Of a stretch of 48,756 bases of DNA, positions 9,201 to 19,400 are shown piece by piece (the stretch's first letter is position 1; each line of letters begins with the position of its first letter). The notes below the pieces were generated by a model. It saw nothing but the letters and a program-made list of their open reading frames with translations, searched no databases and had not been told where the DNA came from. The position numbers and the translations under genes are program-made. The stretch is from an uncultured Fibrobacterota bacterium (GTDB lineage Bacteria > Fibrobacterota > Fibrobacteria > UBA5070), in assembly GCA_903825275.1 (NCBI GenBank), contig CAIKAA010000499.1, positions 1-48,756 on the forward strand, written 5' to 3'.

Positions 9201-12200
9201 TTCGACTTTATGTGACGGGCACTGCCGCCAACGTCTTTGACCTAGGCTTGCGTTGCGACATTGGGATCAAGTACCGCAGCGATGGCTTCCAGGACTCCGG
9301 AGTGGTTGGAGTGATCAATCCGAATTTGCGCAAGTCGCATCCCAAGAAGATCGACTCCACTTGTAGCGACACCCAGATCTGCCAATGGTATTTCGATGTG
9401 CCGCTATGGGGAATCGGGATGGAATCGCAGGCGCGGATGCGATTGGACCTGGTCTGGGACAAGCACAAGATAGAGATGAGCCAAGGTCCTAACCCGGTTC
9501 CAGTACTGTTCGACGACCTCTTGAACATGGCCCCGACCCACGATGTGTTCGATCCGGCCAATGGCGATTGGTCGATGCGTCCGCATGTGGCGGGGACTGA
9601 CAACGGTCTTTCGCCGGTCGATTTTGGCGGGGTCAAGTACACCAACGACGCCACGACCAAGGAAATCATGGATCTGGCTCCCCAGACCGTGGAGGTCAAC
9701 CCGTATATCGCGGTCTACCGGCGCAATGATTTCGTCTACGGCTATTCTCCCTTTGCCGGCGAACAAGCCAAGAAGCGCACCGTCTACGCGATGAACGCCC
9801 AATTCAACGCGCCCTTCGATGTCGCCAATGGCTCGACCATCCAGATGGGAACCGCTTCTTCGACCCGCCTCACGGGAACGGCCGATGTCTACGACCAACT
9901 CACGCCCGGGGCCAAGGGGTACATCACCTCGATCTGGGTGAATGGCGTCCCCCTTTCCGATGCCGCCCGCAAAGGCGCAGCCTTGCGCCAACCGGATGGC
10001 ACCTGGAAACTCAACATCCCCTTGCAGCTCACCACGGGGACCAACAAGCTGGACGTGACCCTGTTCGCCAGCTCCGACTCCACCGACACCGCCTCGACCG
10101 CCGGGACTTGCACCGACGGCAAAGGCTGCGCCTTCCAAAACAACGAGTGGTACGTCAACTACGCCTCCAACCTCACGCCGTCCTTGCTGACGGTGGTGGA
10201 TGGATCCGGCAACGTTTTGGGCTTGGTGACGCCCGACAGTTCGAGATTGGTCATCCGCGTCCAGGACGGCAACGCCAACCTGGTGAAGACCGCCGTCGAC
10301 AACCTGAACGTCTCGGTGACCAATCTCCGCACCGGCCTCGCGGTGGTGCAAGCCCTCTCCGAAACGGGAGCAAGCACCGGCATCTTCCAAACCAACCTGC
10401 TATCCTTGGTTTCTGGCGTCGCCACCACGGGCCAATTGCAGATGCTTCCCGGTGACACCTTGCTGGTGAAGTATGTCGATGCCTCGGACGCGACGGATAG
10501 CAATTCCGTCAAAATCTGGTCGAAGACGACTTGGCCGTCGCTGGTGTCTGGGGCGGTTGTCGCTGGTTGTGGGGGGACTCAGATCCAGGCCAAACTGGAC
10601 CGGCCGGTGGGTGCAGGAGGTGTCCTTGGTTCCGAAATCCTCTCCAACGCGGATTTCGAAAATCCCGCGGCCACTTTTTTGGATGAATTTTACCAGTATT
10701 CGGGCCCATTGGGTGGGTGGACTGCCCAACATGTGGATGTGGTTGGGTCGTTTGTCCCTGGTCTCGAGCCAGCGGTTGGCAAACAATCGGTCGATTTGAA
10801 TGACGTCAATCCAGGATCCCTCGGGCAAGCCGTGAACCTGGCGGTCGGCACAACAATTCGACTGTCGTTCCAATACTCCGTCAATCCAGCTCCAGCCGGC
10901 GTTTCAACAGCTCCACGGCTTCGGCAAGCGGAGATCATTTGGGATGGGATCGCTTTGGATACGTTGGCTTGGGACATTGTTTCCGAGCCACAACGAACTT
11001 GGAAGCGGTATTCGATCAATTTGGTCGCCACGGGCCATGACTCCATCTGCTTCCGTGCTCTGACTTCCGGCAATGCTGGAATCATGCTGGATGACATTTC
11101 GATCAAATCGATCGGCGGATCCTTGGGCTCTACGATCACCGATTCCATTGCAAGTGGTTTGGTTGTTCTGACAAACTCCAACGGGGACACCCTCTCCCGT
11201 CAATCCATCTCCGCTTCGGATGTGCGGGTCAGCGGCGATGGAACCAACCTTTCTATTGCTTCGACGATTGCGGATCCAAAAATGGTTGCAGGAGGAGTGT
11301 TGTCCTTGCAGATCCGTACCCAAAACGGAAGAATGATCACGACAAGCGTCCCCCTGAAGGACTCCATCGGCCCCTGGATCGACTCGGCAAAAATTGTCGA
11401 GAATCTTGGCGGAAGCCCTGTCGACACGCTTCTCTTGTGGAACTCCGAGCTGACCAAGCCACTGGGAAAGACTCTTCCCGTTCTTTTGCAGCGCAATGGT
11501 TTGGCTTCATCCACAGCCGGGCTGACGGTGGATTCGGCTTGGTTGTCGGATGCCGCCACGGGGCGCTGGACATACGCGATTCGCGGAGGGGTGATTCACG
11601 CCCACGACAGCTTGCGGTGGAATCCGACTCTCGTCCAAGATCTTCACGGCAATCCAGCTCTCGATTGCCCGTCGCTGTTGCGCGAGGTCAAGTTGGTTTC
11701 GCGGCCAGCACCCTTCTCGCGGGCCTGGTTGAAGGATGCGAACGGCGATGGACTTGCCGATCAGGTGACCCTGATCTTCCGCAAAATGCTGGTCGCCTCC
11801 GATCTTCCCAATTCCATCCAAGCGACCTTTGGTTCCGGGAATGTGGTGCGGACCGCCTTGGTAGACATCTCGATGGCGACAGATTCTGTCCTGGTGGTGC
11901 CGCTGGCCAATCCCTTCCCGATCACCGAGACCCGCGGGTCGGCGCTCGACGGATCGGGAAGCCTCCTGCTGACCAAATCGGGCGACCAAACGGGCCCCTA
12001 TGCCTTGATCGACAGTGTCGGGCCAGTCCTCTTGACGGCCAAGCTGCGCTATGGTTCCACAAACACCGATAGCCTGGAACTGGAATTTTCGGAGCCGGTT
12101 CGGGCCGGTACAGGCACGGGCTGGTTGGTCAAGTCGCCGGCCTTCGAGTTGGGAACGGTTGGTCTGCCCACTTCGATCTCCTCCACGGTTTGGAAACTTC

Positions 12201-13435
12201 CCATCGATACCGCGATGGTTTTGCCGGGCGACTCGGTTCGGCCCCTTGCCTTGGGGAAATGGGTGGATGGATCGAAGGACAATCGAGTGGGAATCAATCA
12301 TCCCTGGGTGGTTGTGGCCGGTGGCGAGCGCGCCCCCGTGGGCGGGTGGTTCCAGGATCTGAATGGAGATGGAGCGGTCGACCAGGCGACTGTGATGTTT
12401 GCCAAAACCCCGCGGACTCGGTCGGCCATGAAACTGCTTTGGCCTTCTCGGACAGGTTTTGACACCGTCAAGATCGACAGCGGGAACTGGACCTTGAATC
12501 CAGATGGATTGTCGGCCACCATTTCGGTCGGTCCTTTCACCCCAGGAATCACGTCCAGCTCCACCAACTTGCTCGGACGCTGGAGCTCCGACGGCGTGGT
12601 CAGTTCCTTCCCCATGACCGACAAGGTGCCGGCGGTGATCCTTTCCGCCACGGTTCGCTATGCCTCTGCCTTGGGCCTTCCCGACACCCTGAAGGTGCGC
12701 TGGAGCGAGGCTTTGACCTGGTCTATCGGATCCTCTTTGGTGTTCCGAAAAAATTTGGTCAAGAACGTGTTGGGGGAAGCCGTTCGACAGGCAGATCTTC
12801 TTCGCGATCCGGATGGACTCGGTGCATCCCTTTTGATGAACCCGGACTCGAACGCCATGCGACGCGGCGATTCGGCGAAATTGGCTCCCAATGTTGCCGA
12901 CCTGTTGGGGAACCAGGCGATCGATCCGACCGTGTGGGTGCCGGTGACCTTTGGATTGCGACCGCCTCGATTGGATGCGACTCTGCGCCCTTACTTCAAG
13001 TACGACAAAACATGGGAATTCGGCACCGGGCCGTCCTTCCAGACTTGGGTGTGGGATCGGGATCAGGAACGCTGGATGTACCCTGATGGCAGTGTGCCGA
13101 CAGATGTCGATTCGAGCCACTTTGCCAGCTTGACCCTGACCTTGAACCAAGTCGTGGAAGCCTTCGCCTACATCTACGACAATGGCGGCGCCTATGTCGC
13201 CTCGGCAAACTTTAAGGACATCCGCAAGCTGGCTGCCGAGGGCAAGTTGCCCATGGATGCTTCGGGAAGCTACCAAGCGCGCTTCGCTTGGGATGGTCGA
13301 GCCAACACGGGCAAGATGGCGGCCAGTGGGGTGTACTACATGCGCTTGCTCATGACCTTCCAAGTCGAGGGCCAAGACAAGCCCTACATCGTCAACCGGG
13401 TTTACACCCTTGGCTTCAAGCACTCGGTGAAGTGA
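6287..13435 (+). CDS. Giant secreted multidomain protein with a divergent GH9-like (endoglucanase-fold) domain, paralog 1
   Basis: The longest frame is 6203..13435. I prefer GTG 6287 because GGAGGAG lies 7 nt upstream and it gives the signal peptide MIFLRNLSFPTLSAVLLAAGACFA/AD. GH9 hallmarks: CelD_N-like 'IRLNQAGY'; 'GGWYDCGNHLKE' at the DAGD-motif position; 'GIGSKNPNHPHHR' (G-x-K-x4-P-H-x-R); 'DNANQFKVSE' (D-x4-F-x3-E). Two FN3-like modules follow ('TSAVIQVDL...GTQYFFNV', 'SDSAEILWVT...KTTYYFKV'). After those come a CBM3-like 'ITNQDNKPYDSLQLRLYVTG', a DUF642-like jelly roll, Ig-like 'SEPV' modules with DxNGDG loops, and a tail 'FAWDGRANTGKMAASGVYYMRLL' resembling FlgD-Ig/T9SS C-terminal domains. 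Confidence 0.85.
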   Translation: MIFLRNLSFPTLSAVLLAAGACFAADPTPYDSIANPLGLLPQTDATVQAKGDLLNMKLSRIRLNQAGYRTVDVAAGMAKFYYLSASGTSAIFQVVSPNGIAVGTLGTMAAKVGGGVVSGSVVAYASNSAEHKDNGDGDFKPGYPMTSATVSGTLLEGILPATLPTGIYRIAVGSDTSVKFIVSDNVYGMARDAAMKFFGVARSGDYQSWFHPPSHMWDGWLYDSAARNPDGSYKYKGALTGGWYDCGNHLKEARTNSYPLATLGMVAATMPDRNPDHFGLNQANTRQTDGIPDILREAWVGAQFVFKSYRLAQGKTANMYLSVGDPIKKLDFMWWGRPENQDNVLSVNRGGRRERGVIKNWGSASMADYAAGLAFLSKQYRPYDAAFADSALMIARAMYQQAKTSNMQEGPSDYFGETINNDDLALAAVALLWVTGEKPFLDDLITTPFMPDGAGGTCGATQIAAFPAASFAGGFMGCGSNNMTHGTAQLAWANVNDLALYSFMKLILKDDATSTKYGITPADRLALYEKCLSNLMYNISDASVGSASVALPAPTAGLGWKFTKYNYDPIWYSSAVSTPGWWNKYQFGNLASLYLYYDATSAVEGVPLPHFPGGTDWKRKEVLQALLGGLNYMLGTNPVDLSYILGIGSKNPNHPHHRAANPDGRNVPGAYYNYAIPTGGLYGGSITGPTNTEVLVDRHADNANQFKVSEANCPDASAAMVIPFAGLARSEVPRAPNATVKVLYTTDTSAVIQVDLDKWGFVNLKYGLDSVLVNQTNSVNGNDTSVSIRVNINKLKAGTQYFFNVASSDLYGNGSLVAKWPNGSSDSIPFTFTTKATPQPPPTFGNIKVCNVTSDSAEILWVTRNGQYLSGVLFADSASWKSAAYSEVDSDVVGNVPVTFHHVKLHGLRPKTTYYFKVGVPGSYDATVGCFRTPNEDVKFDVRASGYMWNGMRTLTVAITNQDNKPYDSLQLRLYVTGTAANVFDLGLRCDIGIKYRSDGFQDSGVVGVINPNLRKSHPKKIDSTCSDTQICQWYFDVPLWGIGMESQARMRLDLVWDKHKIEMSQGPNPVPVLFDDLLNMAPTHDVFDPANGDWSMRPHVAGTDNGLSPVDFGGVKYTNDATTKEIMDLAPQTVEVNPYIAVYRRNDFVYGYSPFAGEQAKKRTVYAMNAQFNAPFDVANGSTIQMGTASSTRLTGTADVYDQLTPGAKGYITSIWVNGVPLSDAARKGAALRQPDGTWKLNIPLQLTTGTNKLDVTLFASSDSTDTASTAGTCTDGKGCAFQNNEWYVNYASNLTPSLLTVVDGSGNVLGLVTPDSSRLVIRVQDGNANLVKTAVDNLNVSVTNLRTGLAVVQALSETGASTGIFQTNLLSLVSGVATTGQLQMLPGDTLLVKYVDASDATDSNSVKIWSKTTWPSLVSGAVVAGCGGTQIQAKLDRPVGAGGVLGSEILSNADFENPAATFLDEFYQYSGPLGGWTAQHVDVVGSFVPGLEPAVGKQSVDLNDVNPGSLGQAVNLAVGTTIRLSFQYSVNPAPAGVSTAPRLRQAEIIWDGIALDTLAWDIVSEPQRTWKRYSINLVATGHDSICFRALTSGNAGIMLDDISIKSIGGSLGSTITDSIASGLVVLTNSNGDTLSRQSISASDVRVSGDGTNLSIASTIADPKMVAGGVLSLQIRTQNGRMITTSVPLKDSIGPWIDSAKIVENLGGSPVDTLLLWNSELTKPLGKTLPVLLQRNGLASSTAGLTVDSAWLSDAATGRWTYAIRGGVIHAHDSLRWNPTLVQDLHGNPALDCPSLLREVKLVSRPAPFSRAWLKDANGDGLADQVTLIFRKMLVASDLPNSIQATFGSGNVVRTALVDISMATDSVLVVPLANPFPITETRGSALDGSGSLLLTKSGDQTGPYALIDSVGPVLLTAKLRYGSTNTDSLELEFSEPVRAGTGTGWLVKSPAFELGTVGLPTSISSTVWKLPIDTAMVLPGDSVRPLALGKWVDGSKDNRVGINHPWVVVAGGERAPVGGWFQDLNGDGAVDQATVMFAKTPRTRSAMKLLWPSRTGFDTVKIDSGNWTLNPDGLSATISVGPFTPGITSSSTNLLGRWSSDGVVSSFPMTDKVPAVILSATVRYASALGLPDTLKVRWSEALTWSIGSSLVFRKNLVKNVLGEAVRQADLLRDPDGLGASLLMNPDSNAMRRGDSAKLAPNVADLLGNQAIDPTVWVPVTFGLRPPRLDATLRPYFKYDKTWEFGTGPSFQTWVWDRDQERWMYPDGSVPTDVDSSHFASLTLTLNQVVEAFAYIYDNGGAYVASANFKDIRKLAAEGKLPMDASGSYQARFAWDGRANTGKMAASGVYYMRLLMTFQVEGQDKPYIVNRVYTLGFKHSVK

Positions 13436-16400
13436 TGCGACACGGGTGGGGAGCGTTGGCGTTTCTGGTAGCCGTCGCCTTCACGGATGCCAGGGCCGCG
13501 ATCGACTTGACTTGTGCGACCTGCGACCGCAGGGTGTTGGATTCGCAAAACGTCCACATTGGTTCGGTGCGAATCAACCAAGTGGGATACCGCACGGACG
13601 ATCCGCACAAGCGCGCCGTCGTGGGAGACCCGAAGTCGACCACTTTTAGCGTGTTGCGTACCAATCATTCGGTGGCATTCACGGGGGCCTTGGCCAGCCA
13701 AGGGACGTTTCCCTACAAGGGTCGGATCCTGACCCGGGGCTATTTCAATTCGACCACGGCTCTCTACGATTTCAGAAACACCAACGATACCGATTCGGTC
13801 ACGGTCACCTCCAAAGAGCCGCTTTGGACGGCTGATTTCGGCGGCCTGTTGGAAGAAGGAACTTTCCGCGTGGCCGTGGGGCCCGACACCTCCCTTCCCT
13901 TTGACATCCGCATGACGATCTACAACGACGTGTTCGAAACCTCGCTCAAGTATTTCGGGATCGAACGTTCGGGAGACAATGGCTCGTGGATGCACGGGCC
14001 AAGCCACATGAAGGATGGATCCGGTCGACCGGGAGGGAATGCCAAATCCGGGAGCCTTTCCGGGGGATGGTACGACTGCGGGGATTACTTCAAGGTGGGG
14101 CAGACCGATGCCTACGCCTTCACGAATCTGATCCTCGCCTACACGCTGTGGCCCCAAAAGGCCGAAGACCGCTATGGCAATTCCTACCTGGACACGATTC
14201 CCTTTGGCAATGACGGAGTGCCCGACCTGTTGCGCGAGGCGAAAATCGGGGCAGATTTTGTCGTCAAGCTCTACAAGGCTTCGGTGGAAGACGGCTTGAT
14301 CGCCAACCACGACATGTACCAGGAGGTGGGCGTTTGGGACAATGACCACTCCCTCTGGGACCAGCCCGAGCGCCAAGACGCGGCCCCGATCGCCAAGGGC
14401 GGTGCGCCTCGGCCCGTCGATGCCGGCGCGGGCGCGGCAGTGGCAGCCCAATTCGCGGGATCACTGGCCTTTTTTGCCAAGGCGTGGGTCCCCTTCGATC
14501 CGGTCTATGCCGATTCTTGTCTCAAAATCGCCAAGGACATTTATGCCAAGGTGGTGATCCCCAACTGGAACGCACCGGGATTTGCACCGGTCAAATTTTA
14601 CATCGTCCAAGGTCGCTGGGACGACGATCTCGCATGGGCCGCCACAGGCCTTTGGTACGCGACAGGTGACACGGCTTACAAGTTCGATTTGATGGGAAAC
14701 ACGACCTACGGGAACAATCCCCTGTCGGTGTTCAATTTCGAGACCTTCAAGGCAGGGTTTTTGGCGATGCACACCTCGCATCTGTTCTCGCCGGGCGGCT
14801 GGGTGATGGATTATCAAAACACCTTCATCCATCCCATTTGGGCCTTGTGGGATTTGTTCTACAAGACCGATGTCTTGGCCGCCAAGTGGGGAATTCCCCA
14901 GGCCGAAGCGATCGACATGCGCAAGCGGATTTTGCGGCTGGTGGGGTCGCGCTACGCCCACGAGACGACGAACAGCCCCGATGGTTCGGTGTATCCTGGC
15001 ACGAATGTCAACATCCTGCGCCCCTACGATTTGGTTTGGTCCTCGAACACTTGGGGCATGAACCGCTACAACCTGGGAGGATTGCTCCCGATTGTCGCCT
15101 ACCACGAGATGATCAAGGGGGATAGCGCAACGTCGGCGGCGAACTATTGGAACATTGTGCTGGACAACATGAATTACAACCTGGGGGCCAATCCCTGGGA
15201 CATCAGTTTCGTGATGGGGGCGGGCTCGAAAAATCTCCAGCATCCCCACAACCGCATCTCCAATCCCGAAGGCTACAACGCCGGCGGCATTCCGTACGCC
15301 TACCGTTCCCCCAAAGGGGCCTTGATGGGCGGCGCCATTCCCGGGCAGCTGTTGCGCGACGAATGGGTCAAGTACGACGTCACCGAAACCTGCATCGACT
15401 TTTCTTCCCAGATGGTGCTGCCGTCCCAATACCTCGCCCTCGACCTTCCTCCCGACACGACCGGTCCCGTCTTCTCGAACGTGACGGTGGTGTGGGTTTC
15501 CGACACCTCGGCAATCGTCTCTTGGCAGACGGATGAATTGTCGCGCGATACCCTTTTCTACGCCGGTTCGGTGGGAGGGGTTCCCATCGGTTACCAGGTG
15601 GCTTCTCTCGCGAAGTCAAAATCTGTCACGCTGACGGGTCTTTCCCCAAAGACCACCTACGATTTCCGGTTCGTGGGGATGGACATCTACCGCAATGTGA
15701 GTCGCGACAACAACCGGGGACGCGACTACCAGCTCACCACAACGTCTACCGCGCCGCCGTTGCCAAAACTCACCGACGTCAAGGCCTGCAACATCCGGTC
15801 GGACCGCGCCACCCTCTATTGGTGGACCGACGTTCCTTCGACATCGTCGGTGGAATACGCCGTGGAAGGAGCCAATTTCGCAACCTCGAAAATACGGGTG
15901 GATGGTGACGACGAGGGCATTCCGGGGCGTTTCCACAAAGTCACCCTCAAGGGATTGGCTCCCGGAACCACCTACCGCTACGACGCGATTTCCGGCCCCG
16001 CCCGCGAAGACAGTGGCGCCTTGCACTACCGGTTCACCACCACCGCCGATTTTGCCAACTACACGGTTCAGATCAAGGCGACGGATCGCTACAACGCCGG
16101 TGCGGGAGCCCATTTCTATCTGGAGGTGGCCAACAACGAATCCAAGCCCTATGTGGGGCTGGAGCTTCGTTTCTACTTCAAGGCCGATGCGGCGACGGCG
16201 TCAAAAATTGTCGTCCACTCCAACGACAACATGCTTTATCTCGTCACCGGACTGGCCACGGTGCTTCCACCCCAGGTCACCTTTGGCTCGGCCCAGCCGG
16301 TGGCCGGGGTGGACAGCACCTGGTACATCCCCATCACGATCGCGGATACCTTGCCGGTAGCCGGGCGGTTGCGGATCGAAATGAAGTTTGGCGATGTGAA

Positions 16401-19400
16401 CTGGATCCCCCTTCCCTTCTCCAGCTTGAAGAACTCCTGGTCGTTGGTGGCGCACACGACCCCGGCACCGTTCGCGGGAGTGGATCTGAACCACCTATGG
16501 GCCGAAGCCCAGCCCGTGGAGCTGTGGAACAACGTGCCCACGGTGACCTATGTGCAGGATCCGTACATCGCCGCCTACTATCACGGCGAGCATATCTACG
16601 GCTACACCCCGGATGGCGACAAACCCAAGCTCCCTCGTTCGGTGGGGTTTGCCTTTGATGGTCCACTTCCCAGTCCTGCTACTTCGGTGAAGCAGGATTC
16701 CGTCTTGGTCCACTTTTCCGGCCGTACCTGGGGCAAACCCGATGTGACCAGCATGTTGGTCCAGCGAGATTCTCCGGCCTTCGTTCCCACCACCGGAATT
16801 CTCTCGCGGGCGGATTCGGTCCGGTTTGCCCAAATCCTGACCGATCCCCAAGGAACCACCTCCCACGAATGGGCGTTTTGGGCCGACCGCTCGACCCCGC
16901 TGTGCGCCTGCGCTTGGCAGCGCTACACAGTGGTCGTGGACACGATGAAGGTGCCGCCCCGAACCTTGCACTTTGGTTGGAATCCCTCGGGTGCGGTGGA
17001 CGCCTTTGCCTCGACCCGCAAACCGCTCACCTTGAGTTTGTTCGACTCGTCGGGTCTTCCTTTGGACACCTCGGTTGGGGCAGCCCTTTCGGCAAGCGGG
17101 TCCAGGTTGACCTTCTGGTCGGCGGCCACGGGCGGGTCGATGATCACGACCTTGGCCTTGGTTCACGGCACGGCCCAGGTCTGGGTGTCCGACAATTTCG
17201 CCGACACGGTGGTCGTGTCCGGATCGGCCTCCCTTGCGGGTTCGGTGGTGACGTCGGGATCGGTGACTGTGCGGTTCGCGGCGGCTCCCCCGTGGCCCCT
17301 GGTCGACAGCGCCTGGACCCTCGACGCCAATTGCGATGGGATTCCCGATTCGGTTCGGATTTCCTTGTCCAGTGCGATCCCACCCGGTGTCCAAGCGACC
17401 GGTTTGGGTCTGGTCCTCGATGGAAAGCCCTCCCTTTATCCGCCCACCTCGCTTCAAATCAATGGACAAATATTGTCTATTGCAGCCCCGGCAGGAATGA
17501 CGGGTGCGAGTTTTGGAACGGGTCGACTGGCCCTGCATGTGACCACGGGCGGACGGAATCTGGACACGGCTTCAGCCTTTGTGGTCACGGACCGGGTTGG
17601 CCCGGTGGTGCTTTCGGTTTCGGCCCAAGAGCGATTTGGAGCCGGACTCGACACGGTCCGCGCCGCCTTCTCGGAGCCCGTCACGTCCCATGGCGGCTGG
17701 CCATTTGGCGTGCGGCGTTCGGGAGCCATGGTCGCGACACCTCTGGGGCCGATTTTGGTCCGCAATGCCTTGCCTGATTTGTTGGAGTGGAGTTTGTCCC
17801 AAACCTCCTTCGCCGCGGGGGATTCGGCCCTTTGGTCCAACCCCGGACTGGTCGTCGATTTGGCGGGAAATGCGGCCCAATCCTGTAAATCTCCCGGTTC
17901 GATCGGGTTGCGTCGCAAGACGGTTCCCTTGCAAAGCGCCGCCATCGTAGATGTTGACGGGGACGGGCGCGCCGATTCGGTCCGGCTGCGTTTTGTCCGC
18001 GCCCTGGGCGACATCGAGCTGCCAGATTCCGTCAAAGTGTCGTGGGGCCCCAGGGACTCTGCGATTGTCCTTCCCGCCGCCCTGATCTTCCGATCCCCAG
18101 ATAGCACGGTCCTTTCCTTTCGTGTCGGTTTCCCTTGGGGATGGACCTCGGCTTCTTTGGCGGGTGCCAATCTCTTGGTGCTGCAAGGCGATGCCGCCAC
18201 GGGGCGCCGCGATGCGAGGTCGACGATCGACAGCGTCGGGCCGGTCCTGTTGGCGGCTACCTTGCGCCGGGGTGCCCTCACCGATACCTTGCGGATCACG
18301 GTTTCCGAGCCGGTCCGAGCCGGGGGAAGTGTGGACTTGTCGCGCCAGGGTCGCTTGGATTGGACCTCGCTTTCTAGAATTGGGTCGACAGATTCTGTCT
18401 CGTGGAAGCTGGTCGCTCCCTCGGGAGCTTTCCAAGACGGCGATTCGGTGAAGCTGGCCCCGGCCCTTTCGTTGGGGGTCTTTTCGGACCGATCCGGAAA
18501 TGCTGCGGCGCCCAACGCCCCATGGATTCGGGTCCAGGCAGGCGATGGGGCGCCCCTTGTGGCCGTGGCCCAAGATCTCGATGGCGATGGCAAGGCCGAA
18601 ACCATTCGTCTGAGCTGGGAAAAGCGTCCTCGTCGGGCACACGGGTTTGTTTTTTCGGCCCAGGATTCGTCCGGACAGGTGGTTATTCGAACGGTTCCTT
18701 CGGGGGTCGGAACCTGGACGAGTGCGGGAGACACTTTGGTGATCGCCTTGGTCGACCCATTCCCCTTTGGCCTGACTTCCGGCTTCAACACATCGACCCA
18801 GACCGAATTATTCGACGATGGCTCCCTCGACAGCCTGCCTTTTGCCTTGACCGATGGGGTGGCACCGGTCGCCGTGTCGGCCATGATCCGCTACGCCTCG
18901 GTCGGCCAGACCCTGGACACCCTGGTGGTGCGTTCCAGCGAGCCCACGATCTTTGGGAGTCCGGATTTATTCCAAGTCACCACGGCTCAAGGATTGGTGA
19001 ACACTGTCCATGGGATTGGCGCCGGTCAATCCCCCGATGGCCGCACCACATGGCTTTTGCTGAATCCCTTGGATTCCGCGATCACGAGCTTTGGGCGGGG
19101 AGACAGCTTGCGTTTGTTCTCGCCCAGCGCCCGCGATGGCCAGGGGAACTTGGCCTTGGCCAATGGGCACCTGGTGCGGGTCCAATTCGGCACCCGACCG
19201 CCTCGATTCACGCTCGACTTCCTTCCCGGCTTAAAAATCCAGTCCAACGGGACCAAACCAACCGGCGCTCCCATCGAAATTTTGGTGCGACGCTTGGGTT
19301 CGAACCGCTGGACCACGTTGGACGGTCTTCCTGTCGAAGAAAATTCTCCGCGCATCGGGCCGCGGATCCAGACGAACTCCCCCTTGGGTGGTGCCTTGGC

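Noticed and set aside
15241-15255. Apparent loss of a GH9 signature histidine in paralog 2 (HPHNR versus HPHHR in paralog 1).
   Set aside because: The GH9 signature is P-H-x-R and the differing residue is the variable x. Both paralogs therefore satisfy it, so this is not a catalytic defect.
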